From: Selaginella moellendorffii
Taxonomy: Eukaryota > Plantae > Lycopodiophyta
Direction of reading: 5' to 3'
Assembly: GCF_000143415.4 (NCBI RefSeq)
Contig: NW_003314263.1
Coordinates: forward strand, 1,490,165 to 1,554,164
Length of the DNA: 64,000 nt
A program made the translations under genes and the position numbers. The notes below the pieces were generated by a model. The model was given only the letters and a program-made list of their open reading frames with translations, was not told where the DNA came from and ran no database searches. Below, one piece after another: positions 1 to 12,049 of this stretch. Each line of letters starts with the position of its first letter. The stretch's first letter is position 1.

Positions 1-579
1 TGTCACAACGATAGTTCGTCTATAGGACAACAGAATACTCTTGAAAAGTTCGAGAAATCTCCCGCTTCAAACTCATGCTATCATCTGCATTTCAATCAAT
101 GGAAAAAGTGGAGCTGAGCCAGGAACTTAGACGACTATGTAAATAAGATGAATGAATGTGTACATGTAAAGGTACCTTAAAACCAAAGAATATGACGTAT
201 TGACGTACTGTGCGTAACAGTGGCCCCTTTGGAGGGACGAGCTTCCACTTCCCAGACCCCAAGAAGCGAGCCAAAAACATCACCGAGTATGTGACGCACA
301 CAAGCAAAAAGAAGGTCCCAAAACGAGAAATGTTCGCGTCAAAAACCCCCTGTAAGAAACAAGACTGGTGGTCAGCATCTGGAGATGGAGAAATGGCAGA
401 CGTACCACAAACGCTTGAATGGAACGGGGTTTGACATTTCCTCGAGTGCAATTTGCCGAGTGTACGGATTTCTGTCAAAGCAGAACATTATAATCCGTAC
501 AGAATATTCTTTTATAGGAAGAATATTTTGGTGTGTCAAGTTTAAGGATTTTGGGGGGCAGTTTCACATATCAATAGTC

Positions 580-948
580 CATTGGGCTTTCTTGGCAAAA
601 TTTACTCCAGTAGAGTCCTCCCCTTATTATACTTTTGGAGCTCCCTAAACCTCCTAGGGTCTGGGAAACAATTGTTTTGGGCTTTCACCCTCAGACTTAA
701 ACTCAAACTCAATCTCAGTGTCAAACTCGGTCTTGGTCTTAGTCTTGTTCTCAGCCTCTGCCTTAGTCTTGGCCTTGACCTCGTACTCAACCTTGGACCC
801 GGTCTCGGTCTCCATCTCGAACTCGACCTCAGACTCCATCTCAGGTTTATCTCAAACTCCATCTTAAGTTCATCTCGCAGGTCCATCTCAGACTCCATCT
901 TGAACTCTATCTAGGGTCCATCTTGAATCCATCTCAAACTCCATATTA
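580..948 (+). repeat. Degenerate copy of the LTR-associated repeat family found at 59660-64000 (6-mer and 12-mer CTCCATCTCGGA tandem units)
   Basis: gtcctccccttattatacttttggagctc...gggctttcaccctc aligns to ~63265-63345, followed by decayed ctccatct repeats. Confidence 0.85.
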
Positions 949-1024
949 TGTGAATGAAATTCCTCAAGTGGTCAAAAGTGTGGTTAAGTGACTAAAATAG
1001 AATGGAAAAATTTAGTCACTTACA
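949..1024 (+). mobile_element. Short TG..CA LTR-like unit (~76 bp), homologous to 62356-62432
   Basis: tgtgaatgaa...aatttagtcacttaca is the reverse complement of 62356-62432; no TSD visible here. Confidence 0.7.
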
Positions 1025-1189
1025 TAAATCTCTATTGCAAGAGGTTGAATATCAATACTGATCAACATTTTACATGTTACATAATGCTTTCTTCTCTTGC
1101 CCAAGTAATTAGCCACCTCCTATTGGCTAAGAGCAAACATTAGCATCATTATTCATAGTTATTTGAGGCTAAATAAAGAATCTTGTCAG

Positions 1190-2911
1190 CTAGAATGTTT
1201 CTATTGCAGCAATTGCTGGGGCTGGGGATCTGGAGGAGGCATGGTGATTTTTTGATGGGATGCCTTTTTACAGTCTCGTGTTATGAACAATGATGATCAC
1301 TGAGTATGCAGATCGCAAAAAATGAAAAATTTATTTCTTGCACTGGTGCACAAAGACATCATTTGCTGGAATGTAATACTTTTGTGTTATGTCCAAAATT
1401 GGCATCTAGAGGAAGTCATTGCCCTCTTCAATAAGATGCCAAAGCAAGATGTTTTGTCGTATACAATGATGATATCAGTTTTTTCATTAGGAAATGATTT
1501 AGAAAATGTAAAGGATTTGTTTGATTCTATGCCATTATGAGCTGTAGGCGCTTGGAACTCTATGATTATGGCAAATGCTGTGAATGAGCAAATTGAAAAG
1601 GTGGCCATTGTTTTCTTTGAGATGCCCGAGTGGGACTACTGCTCGTGGAACAGCCTCCTAGGTGTGATCGCAGAGTCTGGGAGGATTAACAATGCAATTG
1701 TGATGTTTCAAAGAATCCCTTTCAGAGACAGTTTCATGGAACCTAATGATCACGGCAATGGGTTCTTGTGGCCATATCTGTGAGTCACAAGCTCTCTTCG
1801 CCGTGATGCTGCAGAGAAATGCTGTCTATTGGAGCATAATGATCAGAGCTTACACACAGCAGGGACTGGCCATGGACACAAAGATCATTTTTGATTCCAT
1901 CGAGTCTCATGACACGGTCGAGTGGAACTCACTCCTAGTGGCCTACCCTGCGAGTGCAAGCGATCGAGTGGGCAATTCTAGGAAAGTGTTTGATTCCATG
2001 CCTGATCGAGACACGGTGTTGTGGACGTCGATGATCTCCACCCATGCCACATGGTTTCTGCTGCACACTCTTTGATTCCATGCTGCAGTGTGTCATGGCA
2101 GCATGGAATGCAATCATCTCTGGCTATGCAAGGAGCAGCATCTCAATGAGGCGCAGCTCCTCTTTGGTCGGATGCCCTATCGCAATGCCGTGAAGATCAA
2201 TGCCATGGTTGTAGCACTCACATTTGGTGGCAGGATTGAGCAGGCCAAGCTCCTCTTTGATTGATTTGCATTGCCCAACTCTGCAATCTCCATGCTCGAG
2301 GATTGGGCGAGGCGTACACCCAGTCCAGGAGCATCAAGCTAGGGCACTGTTTTGATCACTTGAGCCTGGAGAATTGGGACTCTAGTGTGATCAGAGTGAT
2401 CATCGATGCATATGCCTGGATCGTCGGATCTTCTCCCATCCCGATGCCACGAGTTACAATGCCATGATCACAGCATTGGCCTCAAATGGGCATTTGCACA
2501 AGGCAAAGATCCTCCTCTCTAGGGTGAGAGAGAGCAACGTAGTGTCTTGGAACCCATCCTCACGAGTTACATCCAATTTGGCCATCTTGGCCATCCTGAT
2601 CGCAATCTTCCATGCCATGCCAGATCCAACTCTAGTCTCCTAGACAGCGGTGATCACTAGCATTGCCTGATCAGGGTCCAGCAAGAGGGCTGGAACTCCC
2701 GCGAGATGTGCTATAGAACACATGTACATAACATGCATTGTAGCACCTTCTTCTCTTGCCCCACACAGTTGGCTGCCTCCATTGGCTGGGAGCAAACATT
2801 ACCATGATTATTCACTAAGACATGATTAAAGAAACAACCATTTTACAGTTACCCCCCCCCATTGGACGGCTGCCATTGGCTGGATGGGCATTTCCTCCTT
2901 ATTATTATAGA
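1190..2911 (-). mobile_element. Non-autonomous Helitron-like element carrying PPR fragments
   Basis: Minus-strand 5' end TCTATAATAATAAG at 2911; ~170-bp subterminal region shared with 4520-4721 (partial third copy at 1070-1160); candidate 3' end hairpin cagcaattgctg plus CTAG at 1190-1193. Confidence 0.55.
1220..2690 (+). pseudogene. Degenerate PLS-type pentatricopeptide repeat gene fragment
   Basis: Repeated motifs such as ALFNKMPKQDVLSYTMMI and SRKVFDSMPDRDTVLWTSMI, broken by stops and frameshifts. Confidence 0.85.
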
Positions 2912-4721
2912 CTAGTATTTGCCTAGCAAAAGCTACATGGTTAGAAAAGGTAAATTTAGTGTTAAAACTGATGCCAATACACCATATTAATCATTGTGTT
3001 ATGCATTTGTTCTTCTTTTCCTGTTGGATAACAAAGGAAAAGCTCTTGGTGAGAATTTTTTTTCTTCCACAAAAAGGAAGCATGATACTTATTCCCAATT
3101 GGAATGAATTATCTCAAACACCCAAGCAATGCCAATGCCTTCTTTGTTAAACAAACACAATCCAACAAAAAGGGAAGAAATCAAACTATGATTACTCTTT
3201 CTTGGAGTGGATAGGATGGATGCTCTCTAGATGTAAGGACTTCTAGCACCACCACTAGCTCTATTGGGATCTCCTCCTCCTCTACCAACCTATGGTGAGA
3301 CATAGCTTCCCACCACTCCAAGCTTGTCAAATCCCTTCCCTTCAATTTAGGGCACTGGGACATGACTGCTTGCTGATTACCCAGATGAGCACTAAAGTTT
3401 GCCAGTGTGCCCATCACTATGGCCTCCCACTGTGTGGATTCCTTCACTTTCTCACCACCACTAGGATAGACTTGTGGATACAACACATACAAATTGCTAT
3501 TGCCGTGCGATTGAGCTTGATCATAGCTGGGAGGCTGCTGCTGCTATTGCTGCTATTGAGTCGCCATAGCTTCTTTCTTCCTTTCACATTTCTTCTTGCC
3601 TAAAAAGCACCACTTCAAATGAAATTGTGCCAAAGGGCAAAACTGCCCAAGTTCGTCTCTCCTCCTTAAGTTTCCTCTTTGCATGAGAGGAAAGAAGTGT
3701 TGCAGCAGGGACTAGGTGAATTGCTGTGCTAGGACTTGAGCATCATGTTTGGGAAGTGGCCATCTAATCTAGCTGAGCTAGAGAACCCTTTCAAAGAACT
3801 TGACACAAAAGATCATCCATAAAAGATTTCTTGGTACCAGTGGAGCTTGTTGTCAGCACTTTGGAATCACTACGTTTGATTGCAACCTCTTCAAATCCAA
3901 ATCATAGGATAGATGGTTTAGTACCAAATCAACCTTCTTTTTTCTAGCTTGAAGCAGTGGCAGCAAGCATCATCCCGATCACTTGTCCATCATGGTGCTT
4001 GCTCCATCCAGCATCAGCTCATGCCCACTCATGAACCGTGAGTCCTCGCTAGCCAAGAACACAGCCACATTGGCAACATCCTCCACGCTCAGCGGGCTCT
4101 CTAAATTGTCTCCATACTTGAGTGTCATCGCCCTAGATGCCACAGCCCTGGTGATCAACACTTTGCATGTGACACCAACCAGCACAAAATGCCCTTGCAT
4201 TTGTCGCCAAAATAGATAAAAAGAAAAAGAGAGAAAGATACTTGGTCACCACATCTAAAACTCTTTTGAACTCACACACTGTCACAAAATCCAGCATCTG
4301 CCTAAAGATCTTAAACATCTCCACCCTAAAGATCCTGTCGCCATGGCCGATGAACACCACATTCCAGTCAAGCAGCACATCTGGATGCTGGGACACCTCG
4401 CTCCACCGCCAAGAGGATGATCAATCCTGCTCCAGTCACCAGATCTTCCTCGTGGCCTTGGTCTACTACTACTGCTCGAGTGATCTCGATGCCCAGACAA
4501 CAGGCACAGTCACAGTTGCAACATGTGTCACTGCACCTTCTTCTCCTACCCCATGCAGCTTGGCCGCCTCCTATTAGCCAGGAGCAAACATTAGCGCAAT
4601 TATTCATTAGGACATGGTTAAAGAAATAACCTTTTTATAGTTACCCCCCCCCCCCATTGGACGACTGAGATTGGCTGGATCCAGTGGCCCAAAAAGTTCG
4701 GTAACTCTTTATTATGATAGA
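2912..4721 (-). mobile_element. Non-autonomous Helitron with captured gene fragments
   Basis: 5' A|TCTATCATAATAAAG at 4721; 3' short hairpin tagc-tttt-gcta then aaataCTAG at 2912, directly abutting the TC of the next element. Confidence 0.65.
3979..4150 (-). pseudogene. Captured C-terminal fragment of a short-chain dehydrogenase/reductase
   Basis: LSVEDVANVAVFLASEDSRFMSGHELMLDGA is a typical SDR C-terminus; N-terminal domain absent. Confidence 0.8.
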
Positions 4722-4794
4722 TGACTTAAGAATATAATACCACATCAGACTAAATATAAATTATATATTAACATAACTCTTCCGGATTTTCTTT

Positions 4795-5340
4795 CAGTTG
4801 TGGCTTTGCTTAAGCCTGCTCTTCTGGTTGTGATTGTGCTTAGGGCTACACTCTTTTGGTTCAGCTTGAGGTTGCTCTTTCAGTTATGGCTCTGCTTGGG
4901 GCTGCTCTTCCGATTGTGGCTTGTAGCTCCGCTTGTGGCTGCTCTTCCGATTGTGCTTGAGGCTGCTCTTCCAATTGTGCTTGAGGTTGCTCTTCCAGTT
5001 GTAGCTCTTGAGGTTGCTCTTCTGTTTGTGGCTTCACTTGAGGCTATTCTTTTGGTTGTGGCTTTGCTTGGGGCTGCTCTTCTGGTTGTGACTCTGCTTG
5101 GGGCTTTTCTTTTGGTTGTGGCTTTGTCTGGGGCTGGTCTTCCGGTTGTGGCTATGCTTGGGGCTGCTCCTCTGGTTGTGGCTCTAGTTGAGGTTGCTCT
5201 TCTGGCTGTGGCTCTGCTTGAGGCTGCTCTTTCGATTTTGGTTGTGCCTCTACTTGAGGCTGCTCTTCCGGCTGTGGCTTTGGTGGAGGTTGCTCTTCTA
5301 GTTGTGGCTTTGCTTTAGGCTGCTCTTCCAGTTGCTCTCT
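4795..5340 (-). repeat. ~30-bp minisatellite (ggctgctcttccggttgtggct...) in a decayed ORF; reads as an R/A/T-rich 10-aa repeat or as PEEQPQ
   Basis: Recurring gctgctcttc(c/t)ggttgtggct units; minus frame reads GDDFAMRPKRATGRAA*SKATTRRAT... Confidence 0.75.
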
Positions 5341-6584
5341 TGGGCCTCATTGCAAAATCATCACCAGAAGATGAGTTGTGGTTGAGCGCAATGGTAACCA
5401 GCTCCTCATGTCCATTTTCAAGATAGGGCTTAATCTCATACCTATGTGAACTCAAGATTCCCCAACCAGATGCTTATAAAGAGTGTCAAGCAGAACTTTC
5501 CCGGGATTGTCAGAATCAACATGAACTCTATGACAAGTAGCTTACTTTAGAGTCATATGGCAGGAACTATCTCTCCCTACCTGTGATATTAACTTTGCCA
5601 TCAAATTCACAAAGCAAAAGTGCATACATACCTTATCATCAATTTTTTCAAATTCTCTTTGATGAAGTTCACTACATCCAACGCCAACACAGAGGACTCA
5701 AATTTAGCACTCCCAACTACTTTAGCTGCTACGGTAGCTATGGTTGCAAAGCGTGCAAGAGATGATACTATAGTGCTGGTTCCTGATTCTCTAGATAACT
5801 AATTTTTTGCAAATCCAAGAATGGATGCAAGTGGCTGCTATTGAGGTGGTAGAAAAGCCAGCCAACCAAGATTTGGAGTTCATCCCGCACAGCCAAACTA
5901 AGATAAACATATGCAAGTTCATCCCCGTCTAGTAGTACAAGTTTCCAACGTCCTCACGATGTGATGGTAGTGAAAGTAATGGCGCTTTTTCACCTGCACT
6001 ATCCTTGTAGTGTACGCCGGCAAGATCACGAGGTTTACCACTGAATTGGAAACGTGATTGCCAAGATGGACAAACGTTTACTAGGCTGACATCACAGAAG
6101 ACTGATACACCACCATCAATCTCCAAAATGTCCAAGGCTAATGCAAGCTCGAATAAACAAAAGCTACACAAGAGGCTCAGTGCAAGAAAGCAATGGTAAA
6201 TAATTTTTTTTTTCTTCTCCCATAACTGGTATCTAATGAAAATGCTCTCGTGATTGCTTATACAATTTACTCTATACTACATCCATCATTTGATTGAGAG
6301 AAAATGGCTAGTCAAAGAAGGAATGAAGAGTGAATGAAAGTTTGTACACCTCCTATATATCTGTGCCGGATTCAATAGGATCAATATCTAAACTCTCATG
6401 AGAGTGTATGGAATTGATTGGTCTAGATGCAAAACTCTTTGATTTTATTGTGTTTGGCTGGAGGTATAAACCCTAAATCAAATCTAACTTTTATAAACCC
6501 AAAAAGGTTTTTTGCAATTAAGACACCCTTGAGCCTCAAGTTTGTGAATGCAAACGATGGCTATGGGTAACTTACCTTGACAAG

Positions 6585-8225
6585 ACTGGCCACGTATGAA
6601 CATTAGATCCAAATATCCTTGGTTCATGAGCACTCACAGCTGTCATCAAGAAGGGCTTAATCACATCACCCTGAAACCACTCTAGACAGCAAAAATTATT
6701 GCTAAAATTTACGAGGCTTGTGATGGCATTGCTAGTATAATCCTAAAGGTTTACATCCAGAACTGGCCAAGTAATGAAGTTATTGTTAAACAACACATAA
6801 ATTACTGAGTTCGAATCGCATTATAGAATTGCCAAAACATCTTGTCCGTGGATGTGATGACCACCCCCAAGGCACAACGGCAACTAGAATGGGTGCATAG
6901 ACACTTATATATTAGTGGGGCTGATAAAGTAGCTAACACACCCACATTCTTTTGCAAAACATTAGCCTGTAGAGAAGCACTTGCGTGGATGAACAATAAA
7001 GAGTTCTTGTTTGCAATTTTGGACAACAATGTCTTTGAAACACTTGAAACAGTTGTAAAACAATTGCTCGGCAACCCACTCTTATAGGAATTCCTGCCTC
7101 AATGACCAAATCTCTCATACCTCATGGGAATCTATAAAGTGTATAAAAAAAAAATGCACTGGTTAATAAATTTGGATGGATGTGTCTTCTCGAAAATCAC
7201 AGTTTGCCTAATAGCTATCCTAAAAGGGATATAGGAGGTATTACAAAATGTAGCTGATGATTTCTATACACAGGCAAATTTTTTGAGGAAAAACAAATAC
7301 ATGCTGGATTATCAAATCTATATAAGAGTTTGTAATTAATTTTCTTGAGAGAATCATAACAATCTACACTAGAGACAAAACCAAGTGCTATGAAGCAATT
7401 CTCTTCGAGGGAAACTAAAACTTTATGACAGCTATGACACATCTTGCTAATCTAGCCTTGATGCACCAAAATCACCTCCAAAAAAATTTTTTTTTTATCC
7501 AAAAGAAGAATGGTGAATTGGAGGCTGAATGGAAATCTCTATGCTACTCATTGGTAAAAGCTACCAGAATGGAACCAATGAAAGTCATCGAACTCAATAA
7601 CTTCATCATCCGACACACATATGTCCGCCTAGGGAATAGAGTATGGAGGTAGGTTTAAGGAATCCCTATGGGCTTCTCATACTCACTCTTGTGGTGTAAT
7701 TTGTTCCTCTTTTACTTTGAGTATAACTTTCTTACTTGACTTGTATAATTAGGTTAGTATGATCTACTTTGCCTTTTCAAACACCATTACAATTCCTTAC
7801 CATGCAAAACAAGATGAATAATCCATTTATTAGCATGGATGGCTCACTCGTGAATCTATCAGCTCATTTCCCGATCCTTCAGATCTAGATCATATGGGTT
7901 GATGGTACTTTTCTAACAACAAAGTACAAGTGCAGATCACTTCCATTCTAGATCTCGATGTACATTCATCGAAACTCTAATTGCCCTGTTGCAAACTCAT
8001 TTAAAGTAATCTTGGGACAAGTCTTTGTGCTTTTCTATTTGATTAATACTACTGATGGTGTAGTCCTTGAAATTGATAATCTTGTTGAGTGCTTTGTGGC
8101 ATATGGATTCCATCGTTTCACACTAAGACGACGTATCTTTTGTGGTCTAGACTAGATTAATTTGACTGGCCCATTGACATGGATACAAGTAATGCTTGAC
8201 ATTCTCTTTGACATTTGGAAAAAGC
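6585..8225 (+). mobile_element. Penelope-like retroelement reverse transcriptase remnant
   Basis: Ordered PLE motifs: KKGLNHI; LYISGADKVANTPTFFCK; YLMGIYKV; IYTRDKTKCYEAI (motif A); YVRLGNRVWR*V*GIPMGFS (motif B'); thumb MYIHRNSNCP...GQVF...GFH; many stops and frameshifts. Confidence 0.8.
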
Positions 8226-10035
8226 CAGCTAATCACCCACCACAGTTTGAAAACTCGACAAACTCAAGCTGAAAGCAAGAGATTCTATCCTTTACTCAAT
8301 GCATTCCACTCCTTGGGCATTTTATTGAAATATAATAAATTCAGTTTCTATGCCTTTTTGGAAAGAGAAAAACAAAATAATAAATTCCCCAAATTTATGA
8401 TGAAATTCCTTGGTTACACTTAGAACAAAAAGCACAAGTGAACCATCAATTGAATTTGTGTTTCATTTGATAACTGGAAAATACAATACAAACTCTGTTA
8501 TCCCACAATAGGATAGACCCCATGGTTTGATAACAAATTTTAAAAGTCTTGTTTATAGAAAAAATCTATTATCCCATCAACATGATAATGGGACATATGA
8601 GTAGATGTGGCATGGTAAAAAACAAAACTTTGGACTCTTTGCAGAATCTTGCTCTGAGAGACACGCTGTACAGCTAGGCCAACCTAATTACAAGCTATAG
8701 CTATTCGACTTCATGGTTGCAAGCACTGAATTTTCTCACACTAAAAGGTAAGAAGCAATGGGAAAAACCTTAATGTTAGGGTTTCTCGCTTGTATCTACT
8801 ACCGCCGCATTTTCCAGAAGAACATCCACAAGCAAAGCAAGGTTGGGCAGCTGCAAGGCTGTGCCCTGGCACAACCACGTGCATTCCTCACCCACACCAA
8901 TATCAATAGCTGCTTCGTTGCATATCACAAGAATGAGCAATGCCAACAATGTGGTTGCTTGGGTATACTTTTCTAACCACAAAGTATGACAAGCACAAAT
9001 CACTTCCATTCAGGATCTCAATGTACATCCATCAAGACTCTAATCCCTCGTGGCAAACTCATCTAAAGTAATCTTGGGACAAGTTTTTGTGCTTTTCTAT
9101 TTGATTAATACCATCAGTGTTATTGTCCTTGAGATTGATAATCTCATTGAGTGCTTCATGGCAAATGGATTCCATTGTTTCACACTAAGACGACTTATCC
9201 TTCGCAGTCTGGACCGAATTATTTTAACCAGCCCACTGACACTAGTACAAGCAATGCTCAACATTCTCTTTGACATTTGGAGAGAGCCAACCAATCGCTC
9301 ACCATAGCTTGATGACTTGGCAAACTCAAGCTGAGAGCAAGGGATTTTATCCTCTAGTCCATACAGTCCACTACTTGGGCATTGTATCAAAACATAATAG
9401 ATTCTGTTTCTATGCCTTTTTGGATAGAGAACAAAAAAAGAACAAGTTCCCCAAACTTACCATGAAGTCTTTGGTTATGCTTAGAACAAAATGCATAAGC
9501 GAACCATTGATTACATTTATGTTCTATCTGATAATTGGAAAATATAACACAAATTCTACTCTCCCACTATGGGACAGACCCCACACCTTGATAACAAAAG
9601 GTTTTTTTATTAAAAAAAAGTCTTGTTTATAGAAAGCTCTGTTATCCCATCAACAAGTTAATGGGACATATGAGTAGATGTGACATGGTAAAAAAACAAA
9701 ACTTTGGATTCTTCATAGAATCTTGCGCTGAGAAATACACTATATGGCTAGGCAAACTTAATTACAAGCTATAGCTATTCAACTTTATGGCCATGGGCGC
9801 TGGATTTTCTCACACCGAAAGGTATGAAGCAATAGGACATTAGGGTTTCTCGCTTGCATCTGCCGCCGCTGCATTCTCTAGGAGCACATCCACAAGTAGA
9901 GCAAGGTTTGGCAGCTGTAAGGCTATGCACTAGCACAACCATGCACATTCCTCACCCACACTAGGATCAATAACTGCTTTATTGCGCATCGCAAGAATGA
10001 GTGGCGCCAACGATGTGGTTACTTGGGTATATTTC
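7920..10035 (+). repeat. ~1.06-kb direct tandem duplication of the PLE 3' end (7920-8975 vs 8980-10035), pLTR-like
   Basis: Both copies run from aaagta..aag..gca.atcacttccatt to gtggtt.cttgggtata with visible colinear similarity. Confidence 0.85.
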
Positions 10036-10667
10036 AAAATGAGCTCACACCCACTACCAAGGTTGTGAGGAATCTCACTACTGCTTTCCTAGCCACACAA
10101 GAACAAGTACAAATGATTCAGTTTCTATGTTTTTCCTCACCCCTAGCCTATAGGAACTCTTTACAGCCAGAACGCTAGAACTTAATGTGATGACACAAAG
10201 GGCTTTCATTGACTCTACTCAGGTAGTGCTTGTGATATCGACTAATCTAGTATCTAATTGCCCCCTTAGAAAAAAGATGGGATGATGGCGACTAGACCAA
10301 ATGGCGAGATTCATGAGGCAATGGAAAGCGATCAGGTTAAGCATATTCCCTAGTTCTAGTCCTTGGAAGTCACTTCTAATGTGTGGCCCAAACATGTACC
10401 TGAGTACATTGGCTTGCAAGCATCAGTCGTGCAAGTCTCATTTCATTCTTGAATCCTAGTTTTGTATGCAAAAAATGAGAGATAAAGCTAGTTGAGATCG
10501 CATTACTAATCCTCATCTTCCATGATACAGGTACCCCTTGGACACCCAAATTGTAAGAGGTGATATAGGAAATGTTTGGAGATATCATTTTGGTCGTGAT
10601 TGCTATTGGATTACTGGAAAAATGATCCTACGCCCTAGACGAACGTACCAGAATTGGCCTAGTCAAT

Positions 10668-11027
10668 CTGCCTAACCAAAAATAGCCCACTTAGAGCTTA
10701 GATTCAAACGTTAAGATTCAACTGTCTTACCTATTCAAATTTTGAGAATAGGTCAAGGGTGTTTCACCCCAATGCCTCTAATCATTCACTTTACCTAATA
10801 AAACTCTCAACATGAGCTCCAGCTATCCTAAGGGATACTTTAGAAGGAACAGCTACTAGATGGTTCAATTAGTCTTTTGCCCCTATACCCAAGTCTAACA
10901 AACAATTTGCACATCAGTATCGCTACGAGCCTCCACTAGAGTTTCCTCTAGCTTTGCCCTGCTCAGGCATAGTTCACCATCTTTCAGGTCCTAGTAGGTA
11001 TGCTTGCACTCAAACCTTTTGCAGAAG
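10668..11027 (-). pseudogene. Degenerate 25S/26S (LSU) rRNA fragment
   Basis: Reverse complement of conserved LSU sequence (gagctccagctatcc...cagctactagatggttc.attagtctt..gcccctatacccaagtc...gcatagttcaccatctttc) with many C>T/G>A changes. Confidence 0.9.
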
Positions 11028-12049
11028 CTAATCCCATACATATTCATTATGGAGAGCTGACAAATGCACCATGGTGAATGCTAGGGTTTACTGGCCTACT
11101 ACATTGTCTGATGAGTTTTTTGTTCTCATAGTGCTGTGTGCTGTCAGATCTTCTGCCATAACTGTAGGTATGCTGGTTTGTTTTTTCAGATTGCTGTTGA
11201 AACTGGAAATCTTATTGCTTGTACTTAGTGGTTGACAAACTATTTTTGTAGAAGGGATAAAAGCCTTTTGTTCCAAATTTGAATTGGTTTTTTAAAAATT
11301 TGGTTGGCTTAAGCCTTTTGATATGTATTTCTAAAAGGTTGATATCCCAAAATGTTCAAATATGGAAGGCTCATACTATAAAAATTTGCCTGTGGTGTGC
11401 CAAATCTTTCCACTTCACAACAACTCAATCATAGTTGACTGCATCAATAGGAGGCCCTTCCAAGCTGATTATCACAAGTTCATTATTCGTTGTACTTGAA
11501 AGTTTGTTCCTAAACCTCATCTTCATCAGATTGATCCAATCCATGGTCCAGTGCTACAACATTGCACCATAGCAACTTTCACCAAATTCAAAAATTTATC
11601 AGTCCAAGTAGGATGTCCATAAATAACTCCCCATTGAAACACTTGCCTATATGCAGCAGGAAGACTTGATTATACTTCTGACTGGCTGTTATCATAGTGA
11701 GGTCATGATGCCATTGTCAACTTTATAGAGGAGAGAGAAGTGAGGGATTGTTAGTTTAATTAGCTGAGGTATTAAGGGATGGGTAGTTTTTGAGCTGAAC
11801 TCATGAGTTGAGCTTAAATCAATGAAAGTCAACAAAAGTCAAAGGAAGTCAATATAATCCCCTAACTAGCAAAAGTTAATAGCACTACCTTAGTTCGTTC
11901 TAAACAAAAAAATTTACTTAAAATTTATGTGTGAATGTATTCATAAGCTTATGTAAATTATTGTTTCAGTATTAACTAATCTTTTAGTCTACAAAGAAAG
12001 AAAATAATCTATTAAACAACGTAATTAATATTAAAATCAAAACATATTC

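Noticed and set aside
1-580. Short ORFs at the window start
   Set aside because: No recognisable domain; context truncated.
4800-5318. Hydrophobic membrane protein on the plus strand
   Set aside because: Antisense reading of a minisatellite.
9790-9840. HDV-like or twister ribozyme near the cacacc-gaaa-ggtatg hairpin
   Set aside because: A hairpin with a GNRA loop is present, but the required pseudoknot pairings and core residues could not be assigned.
11767-11800. hAT or Zisupton classification of the 8.7-kb element (8-bp TSD, agggatg end)
   Set aside because: Transposase motifs (D..CxxH..E with downstream SWIM) fit MULE better; TSD length is ambiguous (5 or 8 bp) because of overlapping TA.
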